Of a DNA stretch of 64,000 nt, positions 40,410 to 52,507 are shown piece after piece (position 1 is the first letter of the stretch; every line of letters starts with the position of its first letter). Position numbers and translations under genes: made by a program. The notes beneath the pieces were generated by a model. That model was given only the letters and a program-made list of their open reading frames with translations, made no database searches and had not been told where the DNA came from. Origin of the DNA: Schmidtea polychroa (lineage: Eukaryota); contig CM097885.1 of NCBI GenBank assembly GCA_044892525.1, positions 15,502,001-15,566,000 on the forward strand. The letters run 5' to 3'.

Positions 40410-41920
40410 TAAGAACTTTTTTCCAATTTCACCACTGATTATTTTTCCATTGAATTTATTAAAAAGAGAGCTTGAAGACTATAAATCAGTAATATATCGA
40501 TGTTTTATGAAATTCAATTGAAAAAGGCAGTGCCGAAAATTCGTGAGTATCAAAAAACATCGATATATTACTGATTTATAGTCTTCAAGCTCTCTTTATA
40601 ATAAATTCAATGGAAAAAATAATCAGTGGTGAAATTGGAAAAAAAGTTCTTATAATACATGTTTAAGGATCTTATGCTTGATTTCTCTGAAACCTTCAGA
40701 ATATGTAAATACTAAAGCGTATTTTTTCACCTTCCGAACTTGACAACATAATAACTTCAACATCAATAGGATCATTAGCTTCAGACAAACCGATACAAGG
40801 ATCATGAGTATTCAATATCCATTTATTAACGGTCTCTTTTGTCAAGAAAAGATTTAGGATATCCATTTTTTAGAAGCAGCACAACCAAATAATTTACACT
40901 TTTTACTGAATTGATAAACGTGGATGATAAAAACCATCCCTGAAATTCTAATATCTTACCATATTTCGCTTGTATTTATATTAAAGACCAGTATCAGTTG
41001 CTTTTCTGTATATTTCAGTCTGATAGATAGACATTTTCCTTCCATTGAATAAGCAGATCCAGTAACGGTATGATAAATATTTTGTCTTCTTCATACGAGT
41101 TTGATATCTTTTTGTTTTAAAAATTGGAGTTGGCGGTTTTTGTGAAAAATTAAAAACTTGTTATTCATAAATCTTTTGATTAAATATATATTGTTGGTTT
41201 CAAGATTTTTGATGAGAAATTAAAAGATTGATTTAAAGATAGATTTAACTATATGTAAATTTAATATTCATATGCAAATTATTCATATAATCTGAGAAAA
41301 GCCTTACATGATCACGATTCTCAAACCCTAACAAAATATCATCAACATAACGTTTATACACAGTTGGTTTAATTATATTTTATAATAAAATTTTCTTTTC
41401 TAAACTTGACATGACAATATACGCCATTGTTGGAGCCAAATGGGAACCCATAGCAACACCACCAACCTGTTTATACCACTTACTGTTAGAGAGAAAATTC
41501 ACATTCGACGTTGCAAATTCAAGTAATTTACGAAATGCAATTTCATCAACTTTCTCATGTTCGCTTGCAACATAAATCAATCGTTTCTAATAAGAAGACA
41601 TTCGTATAAAGACTACACATATTAAATGATACCATAAATTCATCTGTACTTTTTTATTCAGCTGCGAAATAAAAGTTGGAAATTCAAAGCTGTCCTTACA
41701 TATAAAATCAGTAATCATTAAAGTTTTTAATAACTCATCCAAAAACATAGCAATTTTGAATTGAGCAATTTTTACTATCGACAATACCGGTCTCATGGGT
41801 ATACCCACTATATGTACTTTAGGTAGTCCATAAAGTTTTGCTGTTTGGGAGCCTTTCGGTTGAAAAGACTTAGCCAAGTCAATGTCCAGATGTTTTTTAT
41901 CTGATAAATCTTTCAACACG
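40410..41920 (-). mobile_element. Penelope-like RT relic with an adjacent fold-back family A repeat
   Basis: TAKLYGLPKVH...PMRPVLS, GVAMGSHLAP, YKRYVDDI and YRKATDTG motifs; 40410-40506 is inverted against about 40553-40652. Confidence 0.88.
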
Positions 41921-42046
41921 AGAAGGAATTTTGGGAAAAATTTACTTTTTCCAAGTAATTTTTCATAAAATATGTTAAAAGTTATTTTAACAATTCAAAT
42001 TATTTAAAATATAAAAAAATAATATAAATACTCGATAAACCAATTT

Positions 42047-43137
42047 GGTACTTATTCATTATCGGGACCCTCAGTAAAAATAATAATAATAATTAATAAA
42101 TTTTAAACTCATAATAATGATATTAATTCCAAAATTATCGAACAGTTGTTATTCAAATTCAATAAACTATTTTCAAAATTAAGTTTTTATCAAATTGTAA
42201 ATATTTTCGATTTTACAACTATATCTTTAACTTGGCGATCACTGTGGAGGAGGCCGTTGCGTTTCTTCAAGAAAAGGGTATCTTGCCGGCCAATCGAATC
42301 TGTCCGAACGGTCACGAAATGAAGCTTTACTTTGGCACACGCATTTTTTAGAAATGTAAAATCAAATCTTGCAAGAAGGTCAAAATGCGCGATGGAAACT
42401 GGTTCGCTGACACTTGCTTGCTATTCGTCACAGCCATTCGCTTCTTCTACGGTTGGGCCAAAGAACTGACTTCAATCAAGGAGTACAACGAGGAGCTGAG
42501 CATGGCTCAGGCGACTTCAGCCGATTGGAACGCGTACAGGAGAGGTGCCGTCACCGAACAGTTAAGCCAACGTCCACAACAGAAGATCGGAGGCGACACA
42601 ATTGCGGAGATTGACGAGTCGATGTTCACCAAGCGCAAGAACAATGTAGGACGGGTGTTGCCTCAACAGTGGATATTTGGAGGACTTTGCGTGATACAAG
42701 TGAGTGCTTCCTTGTTCAAGTTCCAGACTGAAGCGCGAAGACTCTGATGAAAGAAATCAAGAAGCCATTAAGAAGGGCAGAACCATCTTCTCAGACAGTT
42801 GGCGCGCTTACAAGTCAAATGAGCCGGAAAAGGCCGGATTCGAGCACTTCAAGGTCAACCACAAGTATAACTTCGTAGATCCGGACATCGGTACTCACAC
42901 CCATATCGTCGAAAGTATGTGGGGATCGGCCAAATGGCGCAACAAGAAACACCGTTTTTCGTTAGGTTCATGTGATGCAAGTATGTTGCCAGAGAGGATG
43001 TTTTCGAGGCTTTGTTAGAAGCAATTGTGGCTTTCAGGCCTCCTGAGTCTCAGATGCAGTAGTTGTAATTTTTGAATTAAATGTTTTCACCGAATTTTTG
43101 AATAATGAACTGGGGGTCCCGATAATGAACAAGTACC
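42047..43137 (+). mobile_element. Merlin (IS1016/ISXO2-like) DNA transposon with a decayed transposase
   Basis: 29-bp TIRs starting GG (27/29 identical); perfect 8-bp TSD ACCAATTT; motifs EIDESMF, QWIFGG, IFSDSWRAY, VNHKYNFVDP, HTHIVESMW; a frameshift and a stop are present. Confidence 0.97.
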
Positions 43138-44228
43138 ACCAATTTACATAAATCTCGTTTGACATGCGGTGGAAACATAACATTAGAGAGTTCAGATAAA
43201 GAAATTGAGAACTAAAGAAAAAAAACAATTTTTTATATATAATTTCTACTAAATTCATTTTTTGCAAATTCATTTATTACTTTATTTGTATTAATATGAT
43301 TAAGAATATCTTTCTCAACATACAAAAGCGCTTAAAAATATTTTGAAAAATATACTTTATTACAGAAAATTATTTTAATATCGGAAATCAACTGAATAGG
43401 AAATATACAGGAATATTTACAGAAAAACCCTCCAAACTCTAGAAAATTCGCAAATTAAATTTCCCAACTCAAAAAATTTCCCCAAAGTTTTAAAGCTCTT
43501 AAAATTATTTTTCGCAAAAAACTTAATTTTATATATTTTAAAAATTAACTTGTAAATTTTTTTTAAAATATTACTTTTTTATAGGAAATCAACCGTATAG
43601 GAAATATACAAGATTATTACAAGAAAAATCTTCCCAACTCAAATTTTATAATTTTTTTATGACAAAATATTTTAAATATAGATTTCACCACAAAACATAA
43701 TGATGTACATTTATTAAAAAAATACAAAGAGCAAATAATTCAATAACGATTGAATTTCATTTGGCCAATACTAGAGAATTTCAGACTATTAATTCCAGAA
43801 AATATCTGAATGTGAATTAAATAAATATTTTTTGACTGTTCACGACAGCGACAGCATTGCATTTTGCTGGTTTATTTTTGGGTTCAGCATTATGTTATGC
43901 AAGCTTAGGTTTCGGATTGAATTTTATTGGTTAACAAGGAAATATTATTCGACCTATCAATTTTATCGTCAATGGTAATAAATAAAAAAATTACGGCATT
44001 AATTTCTCCCAGAATGGTGTTCTTGTTCCCGTGTTGAGAAATAAAAATTGTATTAAAAAATATAATTTACAAATTCAAATAAAATCAAATCAAAATCTGT
44101 AAATTCAAAACTAACAAATACAAATATATGATAACACAACATAAAGGAATATAAAATTTTTTCAATATTCCAGAATTTCCCTGACCAAGAGACATTTATT
44201 GGACCAGACCTTATCAATCCGTAACAAT

Positions 44229-46520
44229 CAGGCCCGACGCTAGAGTATTTGGCGCCCTAGGCAAACTAAAAAAATGGCGCCTCTAGTCTAGAAACAAACC
44301 CAATAATTAAAGAAGTAAATGAAAATAAAATAACTATACTTCATTTATTTATTACACAAAAATATATATAAAAACAAAAACCATTTAAAATTTAATTTTT
44401 CGTGCTTTTAGTTTAGCGAAATCTTCAAGCAGCAACTTCGTATCTATATCACGCGCCATTTCGTGTTCAATCGACAATATTGCTAATCCCACAAGCCGTT
44501 CTTGTGACATTGTAGATCTTATATATGTTTTGATCTGTTTAAGCTTCGAAAAGCTTCGTTCACCGCTTGCCACAGAAACTGGTAGGGTTAATAAAATTCG
44601 CAAAGCAACAAATATATTTGGAACGCTGTCCACTATATTATTTTTACAAATATAATTAAGTACATCTTCCGGCAATAAGTTTTTTGGAATATGTCTAGCT
44701 ATAAATATCAATTCGTTCAATAAATCTATACCATCAATATCTTTAGAATCATCGTGCCGTAAAAAATTTTCCAGTTTAAGACAATCCTCTAATATTTTCT
44801 TTGACGAAATATATTGCAAATTATGTATGTTGTATAGAAATCCAAATGTTGAATTTATCGTTGACATTTGGGTGAATCTTTGCTCAACAGATTTTAAAGC
44901 TCTATCCAAAACTGCGAAGTAAAAGCTGATCTTAAATTTTTCTTTTGGGTTCTGAATGGGCTCATCGTTGGCTTCATATTCGAACTGTTTTTTTTGTTTT
45001 CTGATACGCTGAGTTTGTTTAAAGATTGGGGAAATTTCTGATTCTTCAGCAAGTTCTCGCGCATCTACCAATATTCTTTCAAAACCTTCATCATTTCGGG
45101 AGTTGAATAGAAATTTTTTGGTATCTTCTAGTAGCTTCATAGCATCTTGAATATTAATTTTCTCAGATTGAAGTTGTTTGCTTGTAATATTTATGTTGAA
45201 AAGAATATCATACCAGATAATAACAGAAACTACAAACTCGAAATTCGAAATAGCTTTAGCAAGGCCCTGTGCTTCTATACGTGAAGTATTACCAGAAACT
45301 CCTGTTTGAGAAGTATCTTGAAAAATATCAATAAGTGCAGCAATAACTTTACTTAGCTGATAGCGTAGAGGTTTAAGGGCATCGATTCGGCTCTCCCATC
45401 TTGTATCGCTCAATGGCTTCACTGTCAAGTTTGAAGCATGACGTTTTAAAACTTCCCATCGACGTGTTGAAGCGGCAAAATAGACATATATTCGTTGCAC
45501 TAACATAAAAAATGATGTAGCATCTAAACAACAGCTTACAGCGTCATTAACAACCAGATTCAAAGAATGCGCAGAACAAGGAACAAATAGTGCTCGTGGA
45601 TTTAGATTCAGAATTCGCCGTTGCACGCCATTTTCTTTGCCTTTCATATTGCTACCATTATCGTATCCTTGGCCACGCAAGTTCTCAATAGGTAATGACA
45701 TATCTGCTAACATCTGAACGATTTCATCGGTCATACCAGCACCAGTTGTATCTGTTAGTTTCACAAATCCCAAAAAATGTTCTCTTATGCATATGGGATC
45801 TAAATCACAATTTTCTGTATTTGTATGGACAAAACGAATAATCAACGTCATTTGTTCAGTATGGCTAACGTCTGGTGTGCAATCCAGGATTATTGAAAAA
45901 TATTTAGCCATGGAAATCGATTTTAAAATTTTTGTTTTAATACTCTTAGATAAAAGTTGTATTAACTCATTCTGAATATCTTTTCCCAAATAATGAACTT
46001 GTGTTTCATTGTTCTTTATTCTGCGAAGATGCTCACCCATAATTGGATCAAAAGAGGCCAAATATTCTACAAAGCTAAGGAAGTTTCCATTTCCAGGAGA
46101 ATACAATTTTTCATTGCTTCCGCGAAATGCAATATTTTGCGTAGCAAGCACTTTAACTAGACCTATAAGACGCTCTAAGACTTGTTGCCAGTGTCTCTCT
46201 TCTTGTTTTATGAGACGCAAATTATCCTGGTCAATAGTTTTATTCTTTTTTAAACGCAATTCTAGCTCCTTCCAAGTTTGAAAATTATAGTAATTGAAGC
46301 AAAAACTTGATAATAAATTAAAATTTTATATAAATTATATAATTTTTAATTGAACAAATTAAAAAAACAATTTAAAAATAAAAATTATGAATAAAAAATA
46401 TATAAAACACAACAAATCAAAATAGCCTTAAGGTACAAAATGTTTTTATAAAAAGTTTTTAAAAATAGTTTTTATATAGTAAATGGCGCCTATGGCAAAC
46501 ACCGATCTTGCGCCCCCTAC
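44229..46520 (-). mobile_element. Second Tip100/ZMYM1-like hAT, lacking the N-terminal coding region
   Basis: One end CAGGCCCGACGCTAG; TGGCGCCYWRGGCAAAC-like subterminal motifs at both ends; second TIR not found. Confidence 0.85.
44385..46259 (-). CDS. hAT transposase reading frame, 624 aa, open but 5'-truncated
   Basis: FSIILDCTPDVSH, RGQGYDNGSNM, CSAHSLNL, TRWESR, PVSVASGERSFSKLK; no internal stop and no ATG at the frame start. Confidence 0.85.
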   Translation of the reverse strand: MRLKKNKTIDQDNLRLIKQEERHWQQVLERLIGLVKVLATQNIAFRGSNEKLYSPGNGNFLSFVEYLASFDPIMGEHLRRIKNNETQVHYLGKDIQNELIQLLSKSIKTKILKSISMAKYFSIILDCTPDVSHTEQMTLIIRFVHTNTENCDLDPICIREHFLGFVKLTDTTGAGMTDEIVQMLADMSLPIENLRGQGYDNGSNMKGKENGVQRRILNLNPRALFVPCSAHSLNLVVNDAVSCCLDATSFFMLVQRIYVYFAASTRRWEVLKRHASNLTVKPLSDTRWESRIDALKPLRYQLSKVIAALIDIFQDTSQTGVSGNTSRIEAQGLAKAISNFEFVVSVIIWYDILFNINITSKQLQSEKINIQDAMKLLEDTKKFLFNSRNDEGFERILVDARELAEESEISPIFKQTQRIRKQKKQFEYEANDEPIQNPKEKFKISFYFAVLDRALKSVEQRFTQMSTINSTFGFLYNIHNLQYISSKKILEDCLKLENFLRHDDSKDIDGIDLLNELIFIARHIPKNLLPEDVLNYICKNNIVDSVPNIFVALRILLTLPVSVASGERSFSKLKQIKTYIRSTMSQERLVGLAILSIEHEMARDIDTKLLLEDFAKLKARKIKF

Positions 46521-46582
46521 TTACTTTTTATTTTCTAAAAAACTAATTTAGAATTGGGTAAAAAAAGCACACAAGTTAAACC

Positions 46583-47600
46583 TACAGTTGGGTATTTTCC
46601 GAGAAAATCACATTCTCGAGATTCGGGATTTCCCGAAGCAAATTCTATAGAATTCTCGAGAAGTCTAAAATCAATGTAAAATAAAGAAATTCGAAAAATA
46701 TGTTTTTTATTTAAGTAAGAAGTAGTAAACAATTAATTAAAGTAATTAAAGTCGTAAACAAAATAGTAGTAAAACAAAAATAGTTCAAAACATTATTAAA
46801 ATAGAATAGAGTATTAAAACAAAAATAATTCAAAAATATTATTTACTAAAATAAATTTCAGAAAACACAGACTGTCAATGGCTGCGTCTGACAATCGCGT
46901 ACGCTTTTGCGAAACAAAATTCCCCGACGTAGAAAAATTGCGCTCATTTTGATTCGAAGTTGGCTTAATTGTATTAAAAGCCCAGATCAGTCTTTGAACA
47001 TATTTTGTTTTCTGTCCACTTTTTTCATATATATTTAGTTCGTTTTTAAATGACGGGAAAAGTTCGTTTGACTCTTGTTGCGCAATGTTTTCTTTTGGTT
47101 TTGAGCATTGCTGGACATAGTTTTCAAGTTGTTTCGCCATATCTTCTTCTTCAACGCTGTTGTTCACAATCACAGCATCATCGGCAGAATCAGAAACTGC
47201 TTGCTCTTCTTGAATGCTTGTAGAAAAGACGAAACAGGTACGCTTTGGCAGATAAGAAAGATCTGCTAGTTTTCTTTTTAGGCTGGATAGAAACTCGTCG
47301 CATAATTCAGTGTGTTGATTCTCCAATTTTGTGAACAATAGTTTTAGAATAAAATCCGTTGCAAGTAAGTTCACATTTTGGCGGCTGAGAGCTTCGACAG
47401 CAACACGAATAAGTTTTAGAGCATTAATGATATTCTCACAATGCTTTTCTTCTGCTACAGTAGTTGCCATAACCGTTAAATTGAGCGTGTCGATTTCCTT
47501 ACAAACGTGCTTGCTGATGCGAATGAACCTCGTCAGCATCGATTGAAAGCTGTTCCAACGTGTCTTACAATCCAATAGCAAGAAAAGCTCTTTCTGCAAA
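46583..47600 (-). mobile_element. 3' part of a ZBED-type hAT, cut by an LTR-like insertion
   Basis: LLDCKTRWNS and KPTSNQNERNFS...RTRLSDAAIDSLCFLK; CTCGAGA-rich subterminal region. Confidence 0.85.
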
Positions 47601-47609
47601 AGTTCTTTT

Positions 47610-48020
47610 TGCAAAGTTAAAACTCTTACTCTGACTCCAAGCGTGTCTTTGACTAACCCACATATACCACTTGACAACAGGAATCTTTATTGATGATCAC
47701 AAATAATTTTCACTTTACTCTGACAATCAATTCAACACTCCGCTCAGTGACTATACAATACTTATTGAAACACTCAGTGAAGAATAACACTCGTGTAAAA
47801 CACCGAATTAAAAGATCCTTAACTACTGATTGGTTTATCGCCTGGGGCTTTGAGTTGGTTGTTTTCTTTTACATTCTTTGACTCTTGATTGATTTTTTAT
47901 CATTATTTTTTCTTGTTTGTTTATTTATGATTCTCTCAGTTTGTTTCACGATTTTTTCTTCTTTCTGTTTTGTTTCTTGACATTTTGATTTTTGTGTCGC
48001 TTGTTTTTCTTACCAAAATT
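47610..48020 (-). mobile_element. LTR-like fragment related to 30389-31038
   Basis: Minus strand has AATAAA and ACACGCTTGGAGTCAGAGTAAGAGTTT. Confidence 0.5.
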
Positions 48021-48446
48021 TAACCGTTAATTTAAGGGCTAAAGGTCAGTGTCAATGTATACCTTGATGTAAATAAATAAATATTACAATAGTTGTTTAC
48101 TATTATCAAGATTTACCTACAAATGGATTTAGCATGAATAATAATTTTTCAACTTTCTATAATTTCGTAAATATTATATTTATTAAAAAACTTGACCTAT
48201 TGTGGATAACTCATGGTGCATGTGATGGTGGATGTATAAAAAATATTAATAATAAATAATAATGATTGTTTCAGCCGATTTTGGATGGTTTTTTTGTATC
48301 GCGTCTGTAAGTTATGTTTCTGTAGTAATAGATTTAAATCGATCTTTAATTTGTGGAATTTGGTTTTGATGGTTTGTTAATGGAAGAGCAGGAATCGTTT
48401 GTTTGAACTGGTAAATTGTGTAGAAATTTTGGTTTTTAGTTGAAAC

Positions 48447-48973
48447 ATGGAAGAAAATGAAGGACTGAAATGTCGTATTGCAATGAGCAATATAGCGAAG
48501 ATTATTTTCTCACCTGAAGGGAGATTATTCCAAGTCGATTATGCATTTAAGGCAATTGCATTAGATGGATTGCTTTCCGTTGGTATTCGAGGATATAATG
48601 GTGGTGTAGTAGCTACACAAAGAAAAGTTCCAGATAAAATGATTGAGAAGAGTTCAGCTACAAGATTGTTTAATATTACTGAAAGTACTGGATGGGTTAT
48701 GACTGGTATGATCCCTGATTGTCGATTTCAAGTATGTCGTGCACAATGGAAGCAGCTCGATTTAAATATAAAAATGGATATGAAATGCCTTGTGACATAA
48801 TATGTCGTATCGCGGAGATTAATCAGCTCTACACCCAATCGGCTGAGATGCGACCATTAGGTTGTTCAATGATAGCATTATCTTATGATATTGAAATGGA
48901 CAAACCGTTATTATTCAAAACTGATTCCAGTGGCTTTGTAGCTGGACATCGAGCTTTTGCAGTTGGAGGCTAA
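48447..48973 (+). pseudogene. PSMA6: Intronless, truncated proteasome subunit alpha type-6 copy with a foreign N-terminus
   Basis: IFSPEGRLFQVDYAFKAI, QRKVPDK, VMTGM, EAARFKYKNGYEMPCD, YTQSAEMRPLGCSM; frameshift near 48750, stop at 48971-48973; the native MSRGSSAGFDRH-type start is absent. Confidence 0.92.
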
Positions 48974-51076
48974 AAGTTATTTGGAAAAGAAACTAAGTAA
49001 AAATAGAGCGTGTGATACTATCAAATACAGAAAGATCTTTTTGACTTGTTTTAGACGAAAACAAACGATAATAATAACAAATAATAAATAATGATAAATA
49101 ATAATAAAAATAAGAATAATAATAATATAAAACGAAGATTCCTTGCCAGTAGCATCGATTAAAAATAAAATAATTAATAAATAAAGTTTTAGTGCAAATT
49201 TCTTATTTAATAAAAACAAAAATGAGAATTTTCGACTATGAAATAATCTTATTTAATTGATTGAAAAATAAATAATAAAATTCCACGAGTGGTCAATGTA
49301 GGTAAGGTGATTGCTCGCCATATATTCTCATGAAATGACCATACTTTGCCTTTTGATGGACATGAAGGACATTTTGTATCAGACTATTGCTGGAGGTACT
49401 GTTTTATATGGATGCCACGTGGCAGCTGCCTGAGAGCCGCAGGAATATCCTAGAAGGCCACTATTAGCATAGAAAGGAACTTATTTCACTCCTCCTTCAC
49501 TCACCAATGAGAATGAATAATAATCTAATGCTTTACTGATCCATCTCAGCCATGTAGAGGCGCCATTGAAAGCTTGGTCACACCGCGTGCCAATACTCAT
49601 GCTCATTGCGGAAAATCCAGTCAAATCGCCTTCATTGCCCTCATAAACATTACACAAATGCACTCAGTCTGGGACAGATTCCTCGCTATCCGTTCTGAGT
49701 AAGCTTCCGTTTTGTACAGCTCCTTTCATGCATGCCATCCGATATGTCAGTGTAGGATCTTGCCTGTGTACAAGTTTCCAAACCTTCAAATTGAGGATCT
49801 CATCATTAATTCATATTCATACACAAGGTAACACCACAGGTAATACTTAGCTAAATATTCTATGCGAATGATTCTTCCTTTCCTAATATTGACGTTTGTA
49901 GGCTACGGAATAAGTGATATGCAATTATATTTCTGTCATTGTTGATATAATCTGTAGCCCCCCCATTCCCTCCATTTATCATGTCAGTTAGTGTCAAATA
50001 CTTTATTCAGCAATGGCATAAAATCCTTCATTCAATAAACAAATATTGAAAACTAAATAAAACAAGCGTTTCCAAAGCATTTATCACACGGGGCATGGAT
50101 ATAGATGAATGCTACTGACGCCCTGTGATCTATTCCGTCAACTTTTACACATTCGCTATTGTAGGAAAAACTCTTGATAGAGTCCCCTAATAAGTCACGT
50201 CACAATGTATCAATGAGTTCGATGACACAACAAAGAACAATGAAAGATGAACACGGTTACTGCGGAATGGCATCTGAATGGTCCTGACAATTGCTCAATG
50301 GTGTCCATTAATTGGATTAATATTAAAAAATAAAAAACAAATGTTTCATTTTTTGCTGAACCTGCTGTGACCGAATTCTGTGCCATATTTATGTACATGC
50401 ATCAAAACAAACACCCTCCAGCACATCCACAGTCGCATGCACCAGCACATGCACCAGCACATGCACCAGCACAGTGAACTACAATTTGATAGAATCAATT
50501 AAAATTAAGTTTCAATTAGGCATTGTATTGATCACAGATTTCATAAAATTATACAAATATTCGTTACAATTTAATTTTTTATTGTGTTAAATCTAATCCA
50601 ATTTATCAATATTGGTTTGTGCTTTTGACATTTTATCATTGCACCTGTCACAATAAAATGTGAAAATGTCAATATGGGGCTCACAGGAACCTTGTACACA
50701 TTTGAAAATGTCAGACAAATATTTGTAACCATAACGAGATCATTAGATCAATATATATGCATTTTATGAAAAATATTTATTTTTATATTTTGATATATTT
50801 TTAATTTGTATTTAAATTTGTATTTAAAATTTTACATTTCGTTATAAAATTATAATTTAAATAATTTTGTAATATTTAAAATAAATGAGAAAAAAATTAA
50901 CATTAATAATAAGGCTAAAATACAATATTTATAAAATGTTTGTTTATCTACATCAAAATACAAATTATAAATATTGAAATTGTCAACGTCAGCGGAAATA
51001 ATTAATATAATAAGTATGATTTATGATTGTTGTGAAATAATGAAATATTTTGAAAATTTTGTTAATTTTAGATAAA

Positions 51077-52507
51077 ATGTTTGCAAGCGTATGGGAAATG
51101 ATGAAGAGGAATAAATTTGAATTTGATAATGAAATCAGCAGTGAATTGATATGCAGAATTTGCAAGGTTTTAATGATAAAAGCTTGCAATGCTCCTTGCG
51201 GTTGTCGCTTTTGTTCTGATTGCATTGAGCAATATTTGGATGGAAAAGATAAATTCTGTCCAGTAGCATCAAAACATTGTGGAAAGAAAATGATCAATTT
51301 CAAAAAAGATGTTTCTGAAGATCACGCAGCCAATTTAAGGATTTCAGAAGTGATAGTGAGATGTCCAATGCAAAATTGTCAATTCAAAGATGAATTAGAG
51401 GTGATGGAGAGCCACATGAGAACATGCAACAAGCAACCAATGAAATGTCCATTCAATAGAATCGGATGCGAAATGAATGAGGTGGTAAAGGATGAAATGA
51501 AAGTCCATCTCAATGAGAACACTGAAGGCCATAGCAAATTATTGATCGATCAGATCAGTAATCTATGCAATGAGATGCAAGCAATGAGACACGAGAATGT
51601 GACATTGCGTAATGAAATTATCAATATTAATGTAAAATTTTATTTGTAATTAATTTAATTGATATTTGTGATTGTAGGTGAAACTGGCCAATCTTGAAAG
51701 GAAAGAGGCGGAGAACAGAGGAGAAATAGAAGAATTGAATGAGGAAATGGTGGCATTGAAGAATGAGAATCGTTCATTGAGAATGGAGATGGAGACAAAT
51801 ATTGGATCAAACAATCAAGTTTGATTATTGATTTGATTTGATATTGATTTGTTATTGATGCAAAGCAGGTCAGACAACAAATTGAAATGAATGAATCAAA
51901 ATGTCAACAGCAAATTGATGAGATGAAAGAGAAATGCGAGCAGCGGCTGCAACAGGGGAATGCAAAGGTGATTTATTGATTTATTAACGTGTTTGAATTT
52001 GAGATTCAGTTGCAGCTTGAAATGGCGAAATGCGCCAATGAAATTCGCCAGATTGAATCAAAATTAACAAATGAAAAATATATAAATTATGGATTTTTTG
52101 AATGGCAAATCGATAAATTTTCACAACAAAAGAGAGGTGAAAATATTTACAGCGAGGCATTTTATTCCGGGCCAATCGGTTACAAAATGTGCTTGAGGGT
52201 GAGCATTAGGGGTGATTGGGTTGGGGTTGGTTTCTGTTTGATGCGTGGGGCAAATGATGAGCAATTGCATTGGCCGTTCAATCAATCCGTGACAATCGAT
52301 GTGATCGATCCAGCAAATGGCAGCATTTATATGAGCAAGTCAATGAAATATTCAGATTGCCCTGGTGCAGCCGGATGGAGGAAACCGTCACAAGACAGAA
52401 ATGATCCAATTGACATTTATTATGATTATCCTGATGCCATCTCAATCAATAAATTAGCAGCCAGAAGTGATAAATTGCTGCTCAGGTGCAGAATTGAAAA
52501 ATTATGA
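51077..52507 (+). CDS. TRAF-like protein (RING, TRAF zinc finger, coiled coil, MATH), 4 exons, about 430 aa, apparently intact
   Basis: Exons 51077-51631, 51678-51818, 51869-51967 and ~52010-52507 join in frame; RING CRIC...PCGCRFCSDC...CP; MATH YSEAFYSGPIGYKMCLR, LMRGANDEQLHWPF. Confidence 0.9.

Noticed and set aside
43380..43645. Short degenerate direct duplication (GGAAATCAAC...ATAGGAAATATACA)
   Set aside because: Real but small and AT-rich, with no further structure visible.
46814..47677. 287-aa ORF as a complete gene
   Set aside because: Chance read-through from an LTR-like fragment into a truncated hAT transposase.
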